IMG/VR virus record: IMGVR_UViG_3300012041_000002
Span: 1-64,000 of that record
Reading direction: 5' to 3' (one strand)
Length of the DNA: 64,000 bases
DNA from: a virus
Taxonomy: Duplodnaviria; Caudoviricetes
The notes beneath the pieces are model-generated. The model did not search any database. It was not told the DNA's origin and saw nothing but the letters and a program-made list of their open reading frames with translations. The translations under genes were made by a program, and so were the position numbers. Shown here one piece after another: positions 1-7,465 of this stretch. Position 1 is the stretch's first letter. Each line of letters begins with the position of its first letter.

Positions 1-146
1 TCGGCATACTGCCGGGCCAGCAATATCTGCTGCTGTTGCTGCGGCCCAAACTCATTCACCCACCCTGTAAACTTTTCCGGTGCAAACCTCTCCCCGGCCA
101 ACGGGGTTGCCGTTACGACTCCATTCTTGAACTCAAACTGTATCAC
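1..146 (-). CDS. hypothetical protein, 5' part only (runs off window)
   Basis: GTG at 146 after AAGGAG; open to position 1 (VIQFEFKNGVVTATPLAGERF...). An in-frame ATG at 248 with its own AAGGAG is an alternative start. Confidence 0.55.
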   Translation of the reverse strand, partial: MIQFEFKNGVVTATPLAGERFAPEKFTGWVNEFGPQQQQQILLARQYA

Positions 147-194
147 TGCATCACTCCTTAGATTACCCCGCAGGGCACGATTACACTCCCCACC

Positions 195-223
195 AATATA
201 CCCGATTATCAACGCTAAGTCAA
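195..223 (-). promoter_or_regulatory. sigma70-type promoter, leftward
   Basis: TTGACT-17 bp-TATATT on minus strand. Confidence 0.6.
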
Positions 224-278
224 TCCTACATATTTGATTGCCCCTCATACCCTCACTCCTTTACCTGCTATGCCTGGA

Positions 279-307
279 TTGACAATCTATCGAGAAGAGT
301 GTAAAGT
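279..307 (+). promoter_or_regulatory. sigma70-type promoter, rightward toward tRNA fragment/integrase
   Basis: TTGACA(279-284)-17 bp-TAAAGT(302-307). Confidence 0.6.
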
Positions 308-353
308 ATACTGTAAAAGTACACTCTATTGGGTTGACAGTGTAAAATCCGCG

Positions 354-367
354 CTCAAATAAATGAG
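354..367. promoter_or_regulatory. operator-like imperfect palindrome
   Basis: CTCAAATAAATGAG within GCGCTCA-N6-TGAGCGC; resembles CTCAAATATTTGAG at 41726. Confidence 0.45.
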
Positions 368-380
368 CGCGTGGTTGACG

Positions 381-400
381 AATGTTCTGGTAATGTTCTG
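381..400 (+). repeat. tandem 9-bp direct repeat
   Basis: AATGTTCTG at 381-389 and 392-400 (11-bp period). Confidence 0.7.
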
Positions 401-419
401 ATGTGGGGTGTAATCTTGT

Positions 420-461
420 GGGCCTGTGGCGCAGCGGTAGCGCAGGCGACTCATAATCGGT
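420..461 (+). tRNA. 5' half of a tRNA with CAT anticodon (Ile2-like), truncated after the anticodon arm; probable attP core
   Basis: GGGCCTG-TG-GCGC-AGCGGTA-GCGC-A-GGCGA-CTCATAA-TCG gives acceptor 5' strand, D-arm and anticodon arm. The anticodon arm matches E. coli ileX as recalled; C4 and C5 fit Ile2/TilS determinants. Confidence 0.85.
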
Positions 462-522
462 ATACACCCCCTCTCTACAACATCTTACCCGGTATAGGGT
501 ATGAGAATAAGGGGTGAGGGAT

Positions 523-1632
523 ATGGGACACCAAGCGACAGATTTTACACCTTTTACAGGCACTCTCCCGACATACATCGACAACTTTTTGTTAGACAGA
601 CGGGTGAGGGGCAAATCCCCTCGCACCGTCCACTTCTACAAGCGTCACCTTACCAAATTCCTCTGGTTCATGCAAGAGTATGAGTTTCCTATGGAGATGC
701 ACCTGCTCGACTCCTACCATCTACGCAAATTCTTCATCTATCTGCAAGAGGAGCAGCGCTGGGGTGGTGGGACTCCCTCGGCGCGTAAATGTCTCAATCA
801 AGGGGGCATAGCCGCTTATGCCCGTGCTGTAAAGGCGTTTCTCAACTGGGCCTGTATCGAGGCAGGGCTGGAGAAGAATCCTTTACAAAATATGAGACTC
901 CCCAGTGGGCGTAAGGAGTGGAAGGTAGAGGTATATAACGACGCCGAAATAGTGCGCATCTTTCAGGTGGCAGGAGAGGCTCATACGCCATTCATCGCAG
1001 CGCGCAATCGCCTCATATTGGCACTGCTCTTCGACACCGGCCTGCGGGCTTCTGAGCTGCTCTCCCTGCGGGTTGGACAGGTGACGCCGGCCATGAATTG
1101 CTTCACCATCGTCGGCAAGGGTAACCGGGAAAGAGTTTTGCCTCTGAGCGGCTTTGTGAGGGCCGAACTGGCCTCTTACCTTGCCCTGAGACACGAATCG
1201 TCCGGTTGGCTCCTCCTGACTCACCACGGCATCCCCCTGAGCTACTGGGGATTGAGGACTATGTTCAGCCGGTTGCAAAACAAATGTGGGCCCCTTCACA
1301 TCAATATTTACGCCCATGCCATGAGACACACCGCGGCCACCAAGATGCACCGCAACGGTATGCGCCTCTCCTCCTTGCAACAGATACTCGGCCATGCCAA
1401 GTTCGACACCACGAAGAGCTACTATCTGAACATCGAGCAGGACGAGATGCTTGAGGAACATGCCAAGTATAGCCCCATGCAGGGTTTGTCGAGGGAGCTG
1501 CATAAGCCCTCGCCGGGGCTGCTACCGGAGAAGGAGAGGCTCCGTAAAGAGGTACAGGCCACCAGCTTGCGCTCGGTGGCCGCTAAATACGGGGTGAGCC
1601 ACACTACGGTGGCAAACTACCTGAAAAAATAG
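523..1632 (+). CDS. int: tyrosine recombinase/integrase with extra C-terminal HTH
   Basis: Motifs LFDTGLRASEL, GKGNRER, HAMRHTAAT, LGHAKFDTTKSY; N-terminal SAM-like region. GTG at 514 is an alternative start. Confidence 0.93.
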   Translation: MGHQATDFTPFTGTLPTYIDNFLLDRRVRGKSPRTVHFYKRHLTKFLWFMQEYEFPMEMHLLDSYHLRKFFIYLQEEQRWGGGTPSARKCLNQGGIAAYARAVKAFLNWACIEAGLEKNPLQNMRLPSGRKEWKVEVYNDAEIVRIFQVAGEAHTPFIAARNRLILALLFDTGLRASELLSLRVGQVTPAMNCFTIVGKGNRERVLPLSGFVRAELASYLALRHESSGWLLLTHHGIPLSYWGLRTMFSRLQNKCGPLHINIYAHAMRHTAATKMHRNGMRLSSLQQILGHAKFDTTKSYYLNIEQDEMLEEHAKYSPMQGLSRELHKPSPGLLPEKERLRKEVQATSLRSVAAKYGVSHTTVANYLKK

Positions 1633-1640
1633 GCCCACCA
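1630..1640 (+). other. tRNA acceptor-stem 3' strand + discriminator + CCA, overlapping integrase stop
   Basis: TAGGCCC-A-CCA pairs with GGGCCTG (420-426): 6 Watson-Crick pairs plus one G.U. Confidence 0.75.
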
Positions 1641-1643
1641 CAT

Positions 1644-1679
1644 TACCGGACAGTTACTGAGACTGTCCGGTATTTTTTT
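1644..1679 (+). terminator. rho-independent terminator
   Basis: TACCGGACAGT-7 nt-ACTGTCCGGTA followed by T7. Confidence 0.9.
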
Positions 1680-1913
1680 GTGCCCGAATGCTACAATTGG
1701 GGCTTACGCGTGCGCGTATTGTTGCTATAGACGTGTCCGACACTCCCCGTACTTCACGCCTAGGCCAAGGGAATTTAGCCGGGGGCACCCCATTGCTTTT
1801 TGGGGCTGCCAGATATGCCGCCATACTGTGGCTGCCGCCGAAAAGCGAAGCGGCGAACAACAAGCGAAAGTGAGGCAAGCACATGAACCTTAGATACGCT
1901 CTTGACGCTCAAC

Positions 1914-1931
1914 TTAGCACACATGTGCTAA
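1914..1931. promoter_or_regulatory. palindromic operator candidate
   Basis: TTAGCACA-CA-TGTGCTAA just downstream of TTGACG (1902-1907). Confidence 0.5.
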
Positions 1932-1989
1932 CTCGCAAGCGCAATCGGACACTCGATTTTATCACATACATGAAAGGCAGGTACACACA

Positions 1990-2517
1990 ATGGCTAGCAC
2001 ATACGAGGTAGTGCGTGGGGCGACACAGGCAGAAATCGCAAGCGGGCTTGCGGTGCAAGGGAACGGCGCGGTACACGTCCCGCTGTTCAGATGTGACGGG
2101 TTGGACGTCACGCAGGATTTGACGCAGGACGCGAAGTTCGTGCAAGCGTGTTTGAACGCAGATGGGCGTGGATACGCCGTCAAGCGAGTGACGCTTGGGC
2201 AAAATGGCAAGCGGCTGTGGGTGACGTTCGACGTGCCCAAGCCCACAGGCGGCACTGGCGGGCGTAGTAAGGCCGATGCGGGCACGTCACAGGAACGCAT
2301 GCTTGAGCAGTTCCGCGAGTGGCTCGTGCCTGTACTGGTAGGCGTGTATAACATGGACGCTACCACGCTCGACTTGGACGCTTGCGTAGCCGCCGCCCAA
2401 GCGCACGAAGCCGCGAAGGTGCGGGCACGTGAGTTAGACGCCCTCGCCACGCTTGAGACTGAAATGGCCGCGCTCAAGGCACGCTTGGGGCTGGTGGACG
2501 TACAGCCCGCCAAGTAG
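1990..2517 (+). CDS. hypothetical protein with C-terminal coiled coil
   Basis: 175-aa ORF; no recognisable family. Confidence 0.75.
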   Translation: MASTYEVVRGATQAEIASGLAVQGNGAVHVPLFRCDGLDVTQDLTQDAKFVQACLNADGRGYAVKRVTLGQNGKRLWVTFDVPKPTGGTGGRSKADAGTSQERMLEQFREWLVPVLVGVYNMDATTLDLDACVAAAQAHEAAKVRARELDALATLETEMAALKARLGLVDVQPAK

Positions 2518-2529
2518 CTCTCACACACA

Positions 2530-2551
2530 GGGGTGGGCTTGCACCCACCCC
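2530..2551 (+). repeat. GGGGTGGG/CCCACCCC hairpin (copy 1 of 3)
   Basis: 8-bp stem just after a stop codon; same stem at 49307 and 60981. Confidence 0.6.
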
Positions 2552-2665
2552 TCCCCACGAGGGGTAGCACACACGAGAAGGGGAAGGCCCCTTATAAATC
2601 TCGGCCAAAAGCGCGTCAGGGGGTGGGAAATTTTGCGACTTGGCGCATACACACAGGAGAATACC

Positions 2666-2974
2666 ATGCAACGCACGAGGCACGCTCCTCGCTTGACGGA
2701 GCGCAGTTATAACACGCCCTCATACAGGGCACGCATGGAGAGGCTTCGCACTCTCCCAAGCATCGAGATACGTGTGGTGTATCAGCCCAAGTCGGGTAAG
2801 GGCACTACGGTACATACGTATCATAACCTCCAGCGCACTCTCGACAATTTGCGAGCAAGGGGGTATACGTGTGAGGTTTCCCAACCCGAAGCAGGCTTCG
2901 CCCTTGTCTACGCTAGGGACGTAGAGCATTCAGGTACGGATAAGACGCGATTTATCCCTGTCTCCTACGCATAG
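2666..2974 (+). CDS. hypothetical protein
   Basis: ATG after CAGGAG within ORF 2453-2974. Confidence 0.65.
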   Translation: MQRTRHAPRLTERSYNTPSYRARMERLRTLPSIEIRVVYQPKSGKGTTVHTYHNLQRTLDNLRARGYTCEVSQPEAGFALVYARDVEHSGTDKTRFIPVSYA

Positions 2975-3033
2975 TAGCCACAGGCCGGGTTTGACGGGGC
3001 TTTTGCCCCGTCTACGCTACAAGGAGTTGCAAG

Positions 3034-3189
3034 ATGCTGTTCCAGATTATACGTGATGAGCGGGGCGTCTACTTCGGGCTGCTCATTGAGAAGGCTACGG
3101 AGTTCCTCGTCTACAGGAGTGCAGGATACCGGACGGCTCACGAGGCCGAGGTGTCCGTGAACAGGTTTCGTGCCTACTGTCTCCGCTAA
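3034..3189 (+). CDS. small hypothetical protein (51 aa)
   Basis: AAGGAG RBS; MLFQIIRDERGVYFGLLIEK... Confidence 0.6.
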   Translation: MLFQIIRDERGVYFGLLIEKATEFLVYRSAGYRTAHEAEVSVNRFRAYCLR

Positions 3190-3382
3190 GTGTGGACAAG
3201 TGTAGACAAGATAGACACGATAAAGGGTGCGCAGGGGGCGAAAAAGAGGGTTTTTAGACTACCCTAAAAATATATACACACACCTGCGCACCCCGTTGAG
3301 CGTAAATCACGACACTTGGCCCTGTCTACGCTCATATGCACGAACAAATCTTACAATCGCCTGAACTACGTGTATAAAAGGG

Positions 3383-3412
3383 TTGACAAACATTTACGCG
3401 ATGGCATATTAT
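3383..3412 (+). promoter_or_regulatory. sigma70-type promoter heading the early operon
   Basis: TTGACA(3383-3388)-18 bp-TATTAT. Confidence 0.55.
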
Positions 3413-3424
3413 TGCCAGTAATAC

Positions 3425-3577
3425 ATGGAGCGACAAATGGACTGGTTAGATAAATGCGCACTCATAGGGCTGCTGCTCATACTAGCGTGCATCGCATTAT
3501 TTATGTCTACGGCCCCCATCATGCGGGTATGGGACGAGTTGTGGCAAATGGCTGAGTTACTCGGCCACACATTATGA
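3425..3577 (+). CDS. small membrane peptide (50 aa)
   Basis: MERQMDWLDKCALIGLLLILACIALFMSTAP; one hydrophobic stretch. Confidence 0.5.
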   Translation: MERQMDWLDKCALIGLLLILACIALFMSTAPIMRVWDELWQMAELLGHTL

Positions 3578-3588
3578 GGAGGTTTGAG

Positions 3589-3696
3589 ATGCAATTCATA
3601 GAGTTATGCCTGTCCATCGTCCACTACGTACAGTACGCAATGTACTCCGGCGACTGGCTCAATGACTGGCTAACACACATATGGGGTGCGTTATGA
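3589..3696 (+). CDS. small hypothetical peptide (35 aa)
   Basis: GGAGG RBS; stop overlaps next start. Confidence 0.4.
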   Translation: MQFIELCLSIVHYVQYAMYSGDWLNDWLTHIWGAL

Positions 3697-3878
3697 ATGA
3701 AGAATACGCAGTTGTCAAGACAACTGCGCACGGTGTTTGTGAGGAACGTCGGTTCGCATCATACAAGCGTGCCATGGAGTATCGGGGTATGCTGAACAGT
3801 CGGTACTCCACACGCGATGTCTATTATGGGATACACATCGCCAAGCGTCCAGGCAAGATTACCAAATTCTTCGCATAA
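3693..3878 (+). CDS. hypothetical protein
   Basis: MNEEYAVVKT...; ATGA coupling. Confidence 0.6.
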   Translation: MNEEYAVVKTTAHGVCEERRFASYKRAMEYRGMLNSRYSTRDVYYGIHIAKRPGKITKFFA

Positions 3879-3888
3879 GGGGGTTGAG

Positions 3889-4353
3889 ATGCCGATTGTT
3901 TACACACAAGGTGACATTTTGGAGAGTGACGCTGATATGCTCGTCAACCCGGTGAATTGTGTGGGTGTGATGGGTGCTGGGCTTGCGAAGCAATTCGCCA
4001 AACGTTACCCAACACTTGTGCAACCTTACAAAACTGCCTGCGAATTTGGTGGGGTTGCTATCGGTGCGGAGCGCAACAGGTTGTTTGATTTTTACGTGGA
4101 AGGCAAGTGCATTGTCTGCTTTCCCACAAAGCAGCATTGGCACGACAACTCCACACTACTCATCATCGAAAAAAGCCTCATTACACTACGTGGCTGGCTG
4201 CTTGATGAACATGAGTGGCAAACCTCAGTTGCCCTTCCGCCTATCGGCTGCGGGCTTGGTGGCCTTGACTGGAAGAACGTAAAGCCCCTCGTCGAGAAGC
4301 ATCTGGGCGATTTGCCCAACATGGTTTACGTATACGAGCCTAAAAGGAGTTGA
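3889..4353 (+). CDS. macrodomain protein, DarG-like ADP-ribosylhydrolase
   Basis: GDILES.AD.LVNPVNCVGVMGAGLAKQF, FPTK.HW, ALPPIGCGLGGLDW. Confidence 0.9.
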   Translation: MPIVYTQGDILESDADMLVNPVNCVGVMGAGLAKQFAKRYPTLVQPYKTACEFGGVAIGAERNRLFDFYVEGKCIVCFPTKQHWHDNSTLLIIEKSLITLRGWLLDEHEWQTSVALPPIGCGLGGLDWKNVKPLVEKHLGDLPNMVYVYEPKRS

Positions 4354-4355
4354 GA

Positions 4356-4766
4356 ATGAACTGTCCAACGTGCGGTAAGAGTGGCGCTGATGCCACACAC
4401 AGGGAATTAGAGTGCCTCTACTGTGTAGGCATACTGGAACTCAACTATTCGTGGCGACTGGCCTATGTGAAGGGTGGATTTGCCTACTGCCAGTCTACGT
4501 GGAACCCCGATAGATGGATACGTGCCTACATAGGCTACGGCACCACCGATACTATCGCAGCACGATGGAAGATAGTCTCCCTCGCGCTCGACAAGGCTAA
4601 CTGGGCCGAGGCTCGCCCACACCCTGAGAGTATACGTCGTGCGTATGGGGATTTGATTATCCACCCATCTGATGAGTGCCCGCCATTCCGTGGGCGTAAC
4701 CCATTCTTAGTCACGTCTGATATGCCTAATGTGGTGGCTTATCCCGTGAATTATGCGAGGAGGTAA
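4356..4766 (+). CDS. hypothetical protein with N-terminal Zn-ribbon
   Basis: CPTC...CLYC. Confidence 0.7.
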   Translation: MNCPTCGKSGADATHRELECLYCVGILELNYSWRLAYVKGGFAYCQSTWNPDRWIRAYIGYGTTDTIAARWKIVSLALDKANWAEARPHPESIRRAYGDLIIHPSDECPPFRGRNPFLVTSDMPNVVAYPVNYARR

Positions 4767-4769
4767 GTC

Positions 4770-5108
4770 GTGGAACAAATCAAATTGTCCGAGGCCATTC
4801 GCAAGGGTGCCAAGATGCATCCCAAGTGCCGCGGAAAGCTGTATACAAGCCGCTGGGACAAGCAAGAGAAACGGTGTGTCGTAACGGGCACATGCGCGAT
4901 GGGGGCTGCTTACTTCGGTGCTGGGTTACACCCCGGCCACGGTGCGTTCATCGAAAGTGCCCTTGGGTATAGCACAAGTTATGTTATGGCTCAACACCCC
5001 ATCACAAACGACACGCTGCCCCTTGACAACATCATAACACGTTTGAATGATTTTTTCGGGTGGAGCCGGCCTCGCATAGCTCGCTGGCTAGAAAGTATCG
5101 GGTACTAG
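4770..5108 (+). CDS. paralogue family, subtype A (A1)
   Basis: KLSEAIRKGAKMHP...TCAMGAA...LNDFFGWSRPRIARWLESIGY. Confidence 0.8.
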   Translation: MEQIKLSEAIRKGAKMHPKCRGKLYTSRWDKQEKRCVVTGTCAMGAAYFGAGLHPGHGAFIESALGYSTSYVMAQHPITNDTLPLDNIITRLNDFFGWSRPRIARWLESIGY

Positions 5109-5109
5109 C

Positions 5110-5358
5110 ATGATTACACCCAGACTAGCCACGTATTGTATGGAGAGATGGAACGGTTCCACATGGGAACCGTTCCCTACAAGGGTTGCTGATAAACAGG
5201 GGTTTCGCCTGCTTCACCACAATGCCGACGCCGAGGTGGTTGTCAGCAGGGCAGGTACGTACAGGGTAGCACGAGGCAATTCCTACACAAGGCCATTCCC
5301 TGTGGCTCACGGTAAAAGTGTGGTGTTCGGTTTTCATGGGTATGTGCGCACCGCATAG
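5110..5358 (+). CDS. hypothetical protein
   Basis: 82-aa ORF in operon. Confidence 0.6.
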   Translation: MITPRLATYCMERWNGSTWEPFPTRVADKQGFRLLHHNADAEVVVSRAGTYRVARGNSYTRPFPVAHGKSVVFGFHGYVRTA

Positions 5359-5591
5359 TGCGTAGGTGAGGATTAGCTTCCTCACTAATGCTCCCCCACC
5401 TACCATCTTCCTCAATACGTAGCTCCTCCTGTGTGCGTATGCTTGTGTGGTTTGGTGTTGGGGCATCAGTGAGGGGGTTCCCCTCTTGTTGAGCATGTGA
5501 TACCGGGCTTTTTTATGGAGTGGCAAAGAGCGTGTGTCACATGGGAAATTTTGCTACTGGGGCATCAGCCCATATGGGAAAGGAGATATGT

Positions 5592-5951
5592 ATGCCTGAG
5601 CAACCCGAAACTCGTAAGTTATCAGCCCTCATACGAGAAGGGGCCAAGTTACACCCCCAGGGGTTTGGGGCTTATCGTACCTGGGATAAGGGTGTTCTGG
5701 AGTCTACATGTGTCGTTGGGGCGGCTATGGAAGCTGCTCACCTATCTGTGAGTACGTGGGGCTACACCCCAACAAGTCGAGACTTGAACAAGGTTCTTGG
5801 GTGGAAAAGAAGTAGCGACGTTCCCATCATACCATACCCAAACGGTGAATTTTCACCTAGCCGAATTTATTCGGTAATTATCTACCTCAATGATATGTGT
5901 GGGTGGAGCCGTGAGGCCATAGCAGATTATCTCGCTAGTAAAGGGCTGTAG
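5592..5951 (+). CDS. paralogue family, subtype A (A2)
   Basis: KLSALIREGAKLHPQGFG...TCVVGAA...LNDMCGWSREAIADYLASKGL. Confidence 0.8.
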   Translation: MPEQPETRKLSALIREGAKLHPQGFGAYRTWDKGVLESTCVVGAAMEAAHLSVSTWGYTPTSRDLNKVLGWKRSSDVPIIPYPNGEFSPSRIYSVIIYLNDMCGWSREAIADYLASKGL

Positions 5952-6045
5952 CCTTCTATACGCATGAGGTAGAGGAGTGAGGGTGTGGGGGCTGGTGCTG
6001 GGAGTGTCATTATGCGGTATCCGCACATATCGAAAGGAGAAATGT

Positions 6046-6312
6046 ATGCCACAACTCACCGTCGAGGATATTGTACGTGTGCCTGACTTTGATGAACAGG
6101 CAACCATCACCCTGCCTGTCTGGAAGATAACCCACGCAATCACGGCTGCGATAGTGGCCCTCGGGGGTACTGACATAGATGCCGAGATAGATGTTCGTGG
6201 GGATATAGGGGAGAGTGCCTGCGAGATGCTCTGGGCTCTCTTCCATGATACCGTGGGCGGGGAACGCACCCTGCTCTGGGAAGCAAACCTAAAGGAGAAA
6301 CTAAATGTCTAA
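6046..6312 (+). CDS. hypothetical protein
   Basis: AAGGAG RBS; acidic 88 aa. Confidence 0.65.
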   Translation: MPQLTVEDIVRVPDFDEQATITLPVWKITHAITAAIVALGGTDIDAEIDVRGDIGESACEMLWALFHDTVGGERTLLWEANLKEKLNV

Positions 6313-6706
6313 GCGTCTTACACCATATCGACAAGTGGCCGAGGATTTGCAGGCTGCATACGATTGGCTCGACTCACCTGAGAAGCACTGCACTAATGGC
6401 TACTTCGGTACCAGTAATGGAGGGGATGATTGGCACATGGAAACCGATGTCCTAATCCAACGTGCCGAGCAGGGTAGCGTCAAGTGTGCCTGCCTGTACG
6501 GGGCGTTGTGCATCGTCACCAAAAACCCCAACATACCCACAATGACTCGCCATCAGCAGCTCATCGAGGATTATGCCACCAGCAAGTATAACCTGGAAGC
6601 AACGATAGTCAACGATAAGAAGGGGTACGAGGCCGCTAGAGATATTCTGGCCGGTGCCCGTAGGTTAGCCTTACGCATGGGGAGGGTGAAACACAATGTC
6701 GGCTAA
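6305..6706 (+). CDS. paralogue family, subtype B (B1; DUF6197-like)
   Basis: HCTNGYFG...CACLYGAL...VNDKKGYEAARDILAGARRLA. Confidence 0.8.
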   Translation: MSKRLTPYRQVAEDLQAAYDWLDSPEKHCTNGYFGTSNGGDDWHMETDVLIQRAEQGSVKCACLYGALCIVTKNPNIPTMTRHQQLIEDYATSKYNLEATIVNDKKGYEAARDILAGARRLALRMGRVKHNVG

Positions 6707-7109
6707 TTATACACAAATCGCAGAGGACTTCGGCAAAGCATATGACTGGCTGAATAAGCGCAGCCGCCACTGCACTAATGGCAGCTTTGGTGTCTACGAA
6801 AGTGGTGCCTCCAGTGGCACATATAGCCTTTATTTTCTGTTGCAGCATAAGGACGAGGTAAAGTGCGCCTGCGTGTACGGAGCACTTGCCATTGCGACTG
6901 ATAATCCGAAGGTAAACCTTCCAATCACTGTACACGAGCAGATACTCGAGACTGCCGCTCGGGCACTGGCCGACAAAAAGGGCTGGGAAGAACACTGGGC
7001 CACACAAATCAATGATACCTATGGCTACGCAGCCGCACGCCAGCTATTGCGCAGCGCCAGAAAATTGGCTTTGCAAAGGGCAAAGGAGGAAGCCGGTGAA
7101 CAAGTTTAG
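6696..7109 (+). CDS. paralogue family, subtype B (B2)
   Basis: HCTNGSFG...CACVYGAL...INDTYGYAAARQLLRSARKLA; visible DNA similarity to B1. Confidence 0.8.
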   Translation: MSANYTQIAEDFGKAYDWLNKRSRHCTNGSFGVYESGASSGTYSLYFLLQHKDEVKCACVYGALAIATDNPKVNLPITVHEQILETAARALADKKGWEEHWATQINDTYGYAAARQLLRSARKLALQRAKEEAGEQV

Positions 7110-7455
7110 CAAGGTATCGGACGCGATAGAGGCAGGTATCCCCCTGTGTGAGCAATGTTTCGGGTTCACATCTGATGTTGATAAAAATCAGGCGTGCGCA
7201 CTGGGAACCGCTGCCGTAGCTGTACTAGGGGAGCTAAAGGGGCCGAATATTTACATGGGGAAGGCTTTGGACATATGCCAAGAAGCCGTGGTGCCCCTGT
7301 TGGACGCCGTGCCCCCAACAGCTCAACATTATGAGGAAGCTACTGAGGGTGGTGGAGATGGGCTCAGGGTTTATTCGTATGTTCTCTACCTGAACGATGA
7401 GCTCCATTTATCCCGGGAGAATATCATTCAACTCCTGCGAGAGCAGGGGCTGTAA
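7096..7455 (+). CDS. paralogue family, subtype A (A3)
   Basis: KVSDAIEAG...ACALGTAA...LNDELHLSRENIIQLLREQGL. Confidence 0.75.
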   Translation: MNKFSKVSDAIEAGIPLCEQCFGFTSDVDKNQACALGTAAVAVLGELKGPNIYMGKALDICQEAVVPLLDAVPPTAQHYEEATEGGGDGLRVYSYVLYLNDELHLSRENIIQLLREQGL

Positions 7456-7465
7456 GGAGAAAATA

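Noticed and set aside
241-258. Antisense complementarity to the integrase RBS region (497-520)
   Set aside because: Explained by the phage's recurrent RBS context AAGG(A/G)GTGAGGG occurring on the opposite strand (also at about 15313 and 45885).
1608-1621. GGTGG-CAAA-CTACC as the missing T-arm
   Set aside because: 4-nt loop without the TTCRA consensus and not adjacent to the acceptor 3' strand; it is coding sequence of the HTH.
420-1640. tmRNA (tRNA-like ends enclosing an ORF)
   Set aside because: No G3.U70 alanine identity and no T-arm; it has a full anticodon arm with CAT, and the enclosed ORF is a complete integrase.
2906-3332. GTCTACGCT repeated three times (about 2906, 3010, 3324)
   Set aside because: Short, irregularly spaced and one copy lies in coding sequence; only the 3010 copy fits a plausible -10 element.
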